DNA from: Kudoa neothunni
Lineage: Eukaryota; Animalia; Cnidaria
DNA: 64,000 nucleotides
Direction: 5' to 3'
Assembly: GCA_964304625.1 (NCBI GenBank)
Contig: OZ199838.1
Coordinates: 1,313,158-1,377,157 of the forward strand
This document shows, piece by piece, positions 56,401 through 64,000 of the stretch. A program made the position numbers and the translations under genes. The notes below the pieces were generated by a model. That model was not told the DNA's origin and did not search any database. It worked only from the letters and a program-made list of their open reading frames with translations. Positions within the stretch are counted from its first letter, which is position 1; each line of letters opens with the position of its first letter.

Positions 56401-57119
56401 GACATTTAGATCTAATGTGGCCTCTTTGTTTGCAATTGTGGCATAACACAGCCCCTCTACATTCCGTGTCGGTGTGTCCTTTACAACCACATTTTTTGCA
56501 TTATTTCTTGAAGAAAGTTAATGAGCGGATGGCTTCCTCCAATGCTTTCATCAGTTCCATTAAACCGCCATTCGTAGCACATATTTCCTGTTGCTCTTCA
56601 TTAGGGGTTATCACGACTGTGTTGACGGACGCTTCATTCGTTGTTCTGTAACAGTCACAGTCCAAAATGATCGTTTGGAGATCCACTTCATGCTGTGATT
56701 TAAGGATCGGAAGCAATTATCTTGGGGCGAATTAGGAAGTCTCGGTTCACTACTCCCCAGTCCGGTCTGGCAGATTCCAAGAGTCTGGAGACTCGTTCGA
56801 AGAACGATTCCACGGTCTCCCCTGGTTTGATGGTTGCGTTGGTGAACTCGTTCCATGTTCCCGCTGTGTCGATTACTTTATCAGTGTACTCAAGTAATCT
56901 TTTCCGTAGCTTGTCGTAAGCGTCTGGTTTTGCCTGTTCCGACGCCTTCAAAAGGATTTTGTGGCGAATGTTGGAAGGGACGGCTAGTGCCAGCTGAGCA
57001 TAGGATTGATCCGCCGTCCACTCCTTAGCGACGCTCAGCAAGTCGAAGTTTACTAATTGTTTTTCGATGTTATCATTCATATTTATTGAAAAAGTAGTCA
57101 TTTTCCTCTGACACCAATA

Positions 57120-57200
57120 TGTAACGAGCGCACAAGAAGACAATGAACACAGAATAACAACGTATCGCGACCACCGCGTAATAATATAGAGGTTATTACA
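57120..57200 (-). repeat. 5' LTR of the Gypsy element (81 bp)
   Basis: Direct repeat of 53337-53421, adjacent to the PBS. Confidence 0.9.
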
Positions 57201-58372
57201 TAGGTAATTATTAAATATCAAAACAATAAATCAATTTTCAATAACTTCGTTGTTTATGCATCATGGGAAGTAACTCTCCGCATGATTACAATAGTTTTGA
57301 CATTGTGTAAACGTCACTTCATTTTGACTGGATTTTATCGCCCCTATAAGATCAGTTTTTGTGTTTGGATTCTTGTCCCACTATTATTTTTATTTGATTG
57401 AAACGTTCCTCAATCTGATTAAGGAACGAGGATATGGCTGTAGAAACAGAATTGAATGATTTGTTTCTGCCATAAGATCCATGATGTAGTTGGTTTTGTG
57501 GAATCTTACATCGTCAATTATGAGCAATGCATTTGGTACACCGTTCAACTATAGCTCCATAAAAAGTTGAATTAAATATTCAGAAAATATATTTTTATTT
57601 ATTGAACCCTCGTGCACTTTGGTTTTCCATACTTTCTAGGAGCTCATTCCGGCTATCAGTGTAATATTTGTGGACGAACGGTTAAATATGCTCTAGATCC
57701 AATAGGAAGTCTTCTAAAAAAGCGTCTCATTGATAAGGAAAAATCCTGCTTCGTCAATATAGAGAATAATTTGACTTTTGTCGAAGATATTTTATTACAT
57801 AACTAATTTGGATTCCATTTTAATATATTATATACATTTTAATTTTTTCTTGTCTCTATAATCTTAGGTAGGTTTCTACAAACAGGAACTGTGGAAATTT
57901 TTTTAATGAATAGTAAAATCCTTCGAGAACATTAACAATCGTTTTTCTGGATACACTAATGTTAAATTTTGAATTTAGTATTTGTTCTAAAGATTTTAAT
58001 GTTATAGTGCAAGCATCGCCAACGAATTGTTTTAAGAATTGTTTATGTTCGTTGTATTATATTCAACGCGGTTGCCTCCCATGTTTTATACTTCCCCTAG
58101 AATCCTTCAATTTAACAATTCTTGTGACAGTAGGTGGATGTACTTCAACATACTTGGCAATATGTTTAGTCATGAATTTTTTTTTATTAAAATTATATAG
58201 TTAATTAATAAAAAATAACAAACTTCTGACAAATTTAGAATTTAATCTCGTGATGTCATATTTGTTTTGTTATTTTTTCTTTTTTTCGTGGTTTAATTAA
58301 TTATTATATCAACTGAATGTATAGGATTTGCATTATGAACTTGAAACACAGTAATAAAAAATACGAATTAAA

Positions 58373-58827
58373 TTTTTTTTTACAAGGCAAAACCCCTGGC
58401 GCAACTTATTAGGTTGTGGATTTCTGGCTGGTCAGACCCTCTTCCATTAACGCTTTAGACACAGCAGGACGTAACATGAAACCCCGTCACTTATCTTTAT
58501 GCGGTAGTGTGGGACTTTAACCCACTAAACATCATCGTCTCAGGGCGACCATCACCCCGAACGCTGTCTCTTTAAGGACGTTGGCTCTGTGGGAACTGCA
58601 AATTACTCTGCCTTTCGATGGGTTCCGGAGATTCAAACTCCAATTCACGCAAATCCGGCTGCCAGTGCATCCAACTCCACGGTGAGCGTACACTTTAACT
58701 ACAGCTCCCAAATAAGGGATAGACGCCCACCCACGCGGAAGCAGTAGTCTGACCACCGGCGGATTCGAACAAATTACCTCAAGGTTCTGAGTCCAAGTGT
58801 CACAACGATGTGCTATCTGTTCACGGC
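58373..58827 (-). mobile_element. tRNA-derived SINE (~455 bp)
   Basis: Minus-strand head with A-box-like TAGCACATCGTT (58804-58815) and B-box GTTCGAATCC (58761-58770). GC-rich non-coding body with hairpins and an A9 tail (58373-58381). Confidence 0.7.
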
Positions 58828-59331
58828 AGGTTAGATCACTCTTCGGTGGATTGCAACTCCGTCAGCCAACGCGTACGTGTGACGATAGACAAAGACGGTA
58901 GGCTCGGCGAATGACTTATGTGACTAGGTTAAATTAAGTGTGTTAAATCAATGTAAGAATGTATTGGGATGAAGTAATATGTCCCTATAAAGTTTGTCCA
59001 AGTGTCAAAAATAGTCCAAAATCATTTTTATAACGTTGATAACTAAGTGAAAAATAATCGTCTTAAATGTCTGTTAATATAATATTACATTATTGATAAA
59101 ATAGTGGAAAGGGCAGAATATAGACGCCCTATGTCTTATAAAAATTTGTTCGTTCACTTATTTTATACTAATAATAACATTTAGAGATTTTAGTGATTAT
59201 TGTGAATAGATATTATAGTTTAATTTTTCCGAAAAGAATTTTTAGTCGCTTTGATTCGTAAATGCGGAAAAATTTCGATTTAATTATTCGAACGATCCAA
59301 TAATTGAGATACATTTAAATTTATATCAATG
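58828..59331. repeat. Second copy of the ~500-bp pogo-associated non-coding segment (43470-43972)
   Basis: Colinear match by eye with scattered substitutions (roughly 90% identity, estimated). Confidence 0.9.
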
Positions 59332-59332
59332 A

Positions 59333-59360
59333 CTAGCGCAATCCCTTGCTATGCTACGGG
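59333..59360 (-). mobile_element. Helitron-type 3' terminus on the minus strand
   Basis: Minus strand CCCGTAGC-ATA-GCAAGGG imperfect hairpin followed by ATTGCG CTAG|T. Lies exactly where the repeat homology ends. Confidence 0.55.
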
Positions 59361-60149
59361 TCCTTGCCCAATGTTTTACGTAACCAAATTTTTCTTGTAA
59401 TTTGTGACATTTTACTGGATAAAAGGAATGTTTTCTCACTAATTTTTAATTTTCTTTATATTTTGGTAAAGTATTACAATGTAAAAAAATGGTTATATAA
59501 AAACATTGTACAAAGATCCTAGCTCAAGCTCAGGATTTTTGTTTGTTCCCAGTGTAGGCCAAACTCTGGTGTAGGCTGAGGTGTTTTTTATTTAAAAAAT
59601 AATTAAATGTGTATAGATAGCGCAATCTCAGGTTTACGCAGGGGGGTTTCCTTATCCCGGATTTGATTAATTTAAGAAGATAATTTGTTATTTAACATGT
59701 GAAATTTGGCTAAAATACAAAGATACTATAACACAGGATATAAAATTTGTTGTTTGAACAATATTTTCAGTATGTTTAATGAATCTAAATGAGTGTAACG
59801 CAATAGTTTTGCATTCCCACTTTAGACCAAGGTTAAACTAAAAATTTATAGTGTGTGTATAAACACGAACCATAAGTTACACCGATTATTTGTCATTTAA
59901 AATTTTATTTTTTTAACATTTCAAATTGTAAAGTCTAAAATTATAATGTTTTATGTCAAGATATTAAAAATTAACTTAAAATTTATTAAAGGTTAAATAA
60001 ATGAAGCATAACTAATTATGAATCAAAAAATTAACCAATACATAAAATTAATATCGGTGAAATATTAGTCGTTTCAATTTATATGCGAAACAAAATAACG
60101 CCAAACAGTAAAAATAATCGAATAAATAATTTTAATATACGTTTAAGGT

Positions 60150-62690
60150 TCGGGGGTTTGAAGAGAGGTAGATGATCAAGCGAATATAAGAAAAGAGTAA
60201 AACATAATAAAAAATTCCAATAGAAGACAGAAAGAGACCATTGAAGAAAGAAACTCGCGATGAGAATCGAATAGATTACGTCAGCAAGTTAGACGATCTC
60301 AAAATAGAGAACAAAGTAGAGAGAAAAAGGGACAAAGAAACCGTATAACAAACCAGAATCGACGTATTCTCACAATTCAATAAAATGAAATGAGATTTCT
60401 GGAAGTAAAGAACCAATTGAGTCAACAATATCAAATTGATTGTTAGCATGAAAATATAACGGAACCATCACAGAACATGGTGGTTCAACGTTATCAAAGA
60501 GACAATATTTTAACCAGTATATCATGGAATATGGCTGTTTCGAGTTATGACCCTAGGTCAATTACTCAAGCGATAAAAATTTAAATATTTGAAAAATGAA
60601 CAATGTCTGCCAAATGTGTCTTGTTAAAAAATGACCAAGCGAATCGATTGGTTAATGTTGTTCTGGGGGAAAAGTTTTTTTAGATGTTTTACCTGAACCT
60701 TCGTCGTTATCGAGAATTTTGTTAATTGGAGGAACCGATGACTTCAAACGCTTTTTAAAAAATACCAGGAAATATAATGATGTATTTCAAATGACATCTT
60801 TTGGGCAAAAATTTTTTGTGAACCTGGTTTTGTCACATCCAAAGTTGGGGACCAAATTTGTCATAGAATAAGATCCCTATTACCTCCGGACATTGAGGAA
60901 CCAAAGTTTTTACAATTGTGCTCTGTGGAGGATCATAATTTACAGGCCTAGAGCAGAACGAACATATATCCCGAATTGAGATATGATGTTGTTCTGGAAC
61001 TGCAACATACGCCACATATGATATGCGCCACAACTCTATCGTTAGCTTCAAATATGCGTTATAAATACAATTCTTGCATGCTTTAAAATAGTTATTTACG
61101 CTGATAATCGTCCTGAAGGAGAGCACGAAAGACGATTTAACGTTCCACTATGCGGTGATGTTGCCGTGGTTATGTCAGATCAACAACAAGTGAAGAGAGA
61201 CATTGTTTTGAGGACTAAACAAAATGTACTTCAGCGAATCAATGAAAACCATCGATCATATGATCGATTGTAATACCCATTAATTCATATTAATCGTCAA
61301 GGTGGTTATCACTTTGGTATTCCTCAGGTTGGGGAAAAAAACTTTTTCATGTAAAGATTTTTATGCTTTTCACTTTACGGTAAGAGAGAATAATTTTAAC
61401 GCATTACACCATTTCCAGACATTATATTAGCAATATGCTGTGGATATGTTTGCTAAGATGGAGTCTGACAGATTATGTTACATTAGAACTCATCAGAAGG
61501 AACTTCGTGTTGACTCTTATATACATTTAAGAGATAGTATATGCAATGAAGGTACTCATATGGAGCGGGAACAATTGTGTATCCTTCCATCCAGTTACAC
61601 AGGGTCGCCCCGCTATTTGCGTAAAAAAACGCGAGATGCGATGACCTATGTTCGATGTTTCGGTCGTCCAGATCTTTTTATTACTTTCTCGTGTAATCCG
61701 TTGTGGAGGGATGGTAGGGATGAATTATTCACTGGTCAGGCTGCTAAAGAAAGACATGGTCTAAAGACCAGGGTGTTTAATTTGAAGTTAAAGACACTCA
61801 TAAAATTATTCACGAAATTCAAGATCTTTGGCCAGGTGCAGTGCTACATGTATACTATTGATTGACAGAAAAGAAGTCTGCCACATGCTCACGTATTATT
61901 ATGGCTCAATGAAAAACTACATCCAAATGACATGGATAACTTTATGTCGGCTGAATTACCGGATCCAACTAAAGATCCATAGTTATCTCATATTATAAGT
62001 AAACAAATGGTTCGTGATCCATATTTTAGTGCAAATCTACAAAGTCCATGCATGAAGGGAGATAAATGTAAAGAAGTATCCAAAATTTTTTATTGCAGAA
62101 AATCAGACTGATGATGATGGCTATCCACTTTACAGGGGGCGACAACCTGATCATGGTGGATTCACTACAACTCTCAAGATGAGGAATGGCCATGACGTAG
62201 TCGTCAATAATACATGGATTGTACCTCATTGTCCGTTGTTATCAAAGATATTTAATGCACATATAAACGTTAAGTATTGTAACTCTGTCAAATCCATTAA
62301 ATACGTTTATAAATATGTTAAGAAAGGGTCTGATGCTGCAAAATATTGTGTAAATCAGCCAAATAATGCTGACAAAGTCACCAGTTACCAATATAACGAT
62401 ATATAAGTAGCACCGAGGCATTTTGGAGGATTTTCGGTTTTGATATACATAACCGATATCCGGCAATCCAACATTTAAGTGTCCGCATGGAGAATGGACA
62501 GAGGATATATTTTAACGAAGATACATTAGTGGATCAGATTCAAAATTCAAAAGATATAACTTTGACAGCGTTTTTCAAACTTAGCCAGCATGATTCGTTG
62601 ACATAAACTGTATTAAATAACCAGCTTCCCTCTTATTTCATATGGAAAGATAACAAATAGATTAGACGAAAGAGAGGAATTCCTGTAGAG
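60150..62690 (+). pseudogene. Degenerate Helitron Rep/Helicase, Rep (HUH) portion, truncated by an insertion
   Basis: CQMC..CCSGG zinc finger, FQMTSFG, HRSYD.L.YP, LPSSYTGSPRY, GRPDLFITFSCNPLW, ID*QKRSLPHAHVLL (HUH), NAHINV..CNSVKSIKYVYKYVKKGSD. Many stops and frameshifts. Confidence 0.9.
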
Positions 62691-64000
62691 CAGTGTTTCC
62701 CTAGAAATTCAAATTTTACGTCTGTACACCCATCCTAATTTCCGCGTTCACTTCACACCCCCTCCTCTATGTGAATAGCAAGACTCAATTATTCTTTTTA
62801 TTTAAATGCGAAAATAATAATACCAATAAAAATTGTCTTAAAATCATATTTTTATTATTTTAATTTATATTATAACTTCAAATTTCCCCATTTACTTCTA
62901 AAATAAATACAAACTAAAATGTTTCGGTTAACCCAATTTTCTATGTATAATTGAAAAATAGTAAACGTAATCTTTTCAATCCTCATGATTTAACACTCAA
63001 TGATGGGAACTATTATTCGTTCCAGCTTATATATACTATATTTTTGTAAAGTAATAAATTATGTTGTTACAATGATTCACCTATTTCGGATGTGCTTTCT
63101 GGAGATAGATTTGAGCAACTGTCAAAATTTGACCTCTTTTGGAGCAGTTGCGGGAAGCATTTTTAAAAATCACTCAGAGAGCATAAATTCAGTAGGCAAA
63201 CAGAAGATTCCTTTTAAGGGTAAGTTCAAGATAAAACAGTATATATCAAATAAATCTACCAAGTGGGGATTCAAAGTTTTTGCCCGAGTTGGAATAAGTG
63301 GGATAGTACATGATTTTCACTTGTATGATGGAAAATCGCCAGTTGTACAACAAAGCCGTGGTTTTGTTCACACAACTTTATTACAAAATTATGTGAACAA
63401 CTTCCAAAAAATAGAATGTATCTGTTGTATTTTGATAACTGGTTCACATCATTACAAATACAGCTTATATTGAAAAAAGGCGAATATATTTCATGAGGAC
63501 TATTCGAAATAATAGAATTAAAGGGTGTGTTTACTCTGTAAGAGATCTAATAAAAAAGGACAAGACTCATTTGATGTTGCTCACAGCTCTAATTATGCAC
63601 TAATATTAACTCAATGATATGATAACACCGTCGTGACTTTATCATCCACTTATTCTGGTAGTGAACCTCTAACAACTGTAAATAGATATGATGGGCGGGA
63701 AAAAACGCGTTAAACTCGAGTGCTCAACTATTGTATAGTAATATAACAAAAACATGGGTGATGTTGCAGTTGATATCGTTATATAGATTAAATCACAAAT
63801 GTAAAAAACTTTACAAGAGGATATTTTTTGGGGCATTAATACCGCGATCACTAATTCAAGGCTATTGTATCGGAGACAAAATGTCATGAATAATGTTAAC
63901 TAGAGGGAAGCTGTCGATTTGCTTTCATTCACATATTCAATCTGTGAATCATTATTGTATAAAAACCAAAAGTTAATACAAACTTGAAAAACTGGTCGGT
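62691..64000. mobile_element. hAT-ended piggyBac-carrying composite element, copy 2 (runs off the window)
   Basis: Begins CAGTGTTTCCCTAGAAA after CTGTAGAG. Colinear with 48745 onward at a constant offset of 13946 bp, with only about 4 substitutions seen. Confidence 0.9.

Larger units (their letters stand above)
53337..57200 (-). mobile_element. Ty3/Gypsy LTR retrotransposon (3864 bp), disrupted
   Basis: TG..CA LTRs at 53337-53421 and 57120-57200; 5-bp TSD TAGGT; PBS TGGTGTCAGA; PPT GAGAAGGGGG. Gag CCHC (CHNCKQRGHIRSKC), RT (YLDD), RNase H (CDAS, TDH), integrase (HHCC, SDQG, GNGLVER, GPY), in Gypsy domain order. Confidence 0.95.
53295..58351 (-). mobile_element. IS630/Tc1-family DD34E element (~1.19 kb) split by a Gypsy insertion
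   Basis: TIRs CAGTGTTTCAAGTTCA / TGAACTTGAAACACAG|TA. Minus-strand fragments: HTH (IAKYVEVHPPTVTRIVK), YIDEAGF, IIDDVRFHK and FLQPY..FLNQIEE, with D-E spacing 34 after one frameshift correction. Confidence 0.8.

Noticed and set aside
7271-56919. Many short antisense ORFs (7271-7459, 9038-9337, 20630-20812, 32741-33001, 34483-34716, 40650-40937, 41454-41768, 56415-56651, 56722-56919)
   Set aside because: They are shadows on the opposite strand of recognised genes or transposon ORFs.
58380-58760. Possible hammerhead or HDV ribozyme in the SINE body; ORF 58532-58756
   Set aside because: No CUGANGA/GAAA core with matching stems was found by eye. The ORF has a GTG start and no motif.
17700-62660. 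TGA at several conserved Trp positions (Merlin ADG*, piggyBac R*P and Q*YDN, Helitron ID*QKR), suggesting TGA=Trp recoding
   Set aside because: All cases are in dead transposons. TAG also replaces Trp (pogo VRE*, Helitron NK*IRRKRG), and host genes use TGG for Trp and TGA as stop (BRK1, GID8). Ordinary G-to-A decay explains it.
1-64000. CRISPR array, rRNA, bona fide tRNA or prokaryotic defence system
   Set aside because: No repeat-spacer array or rRNA-like sequence is present, the tRNA-like pieces lack full cloverleaf pairing, and the sequence is intron-containing eukaryotic DNA.

Overview
AT-rich eukaryotic (probably metazoan) genomic DNA with GT-AG spliceosomal introns, mostly about 38-60 nt. 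The proteins are strongly diverged, which fits a fast-evolving parasite such as a myxozoan or orthonectid, but this taxon guess is inference only. The left 24 kb holds host genes rebuilt by hand from splice sites: UGGT (405-12045 +), BRK1 (12138-12463 -), GID8-like (12684-13449 +) and an SLC38A11-like transporter (19974-23890 -). The middle (28-42 kb) holds lineage-specific secretory-pathway genes: an orphan acidic pro-peptide-like exon, a type I membrane protein of about 7 Cys-inserted FN3-like modules with phase-1 introns, and an intact pepsin-family gene with both DTG catalytic motifs altered. The right 21 kb is a nested transposon cluster: pogo, a full-length MULE (SWIM+PHD, 9-bp TSD), a hAT-ended element carrying a dead piggyBac (two near-identical copies), a DD34E Tc1-like element interrupted by a Gypsy element with 81-85-bp LTRs, a tRNA-derived SINE and a Helitron. 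No rRNA, bona fide tRNA or CRISPR array is evident. Many ORF-track entries are antisense or low-complexity artefacts.
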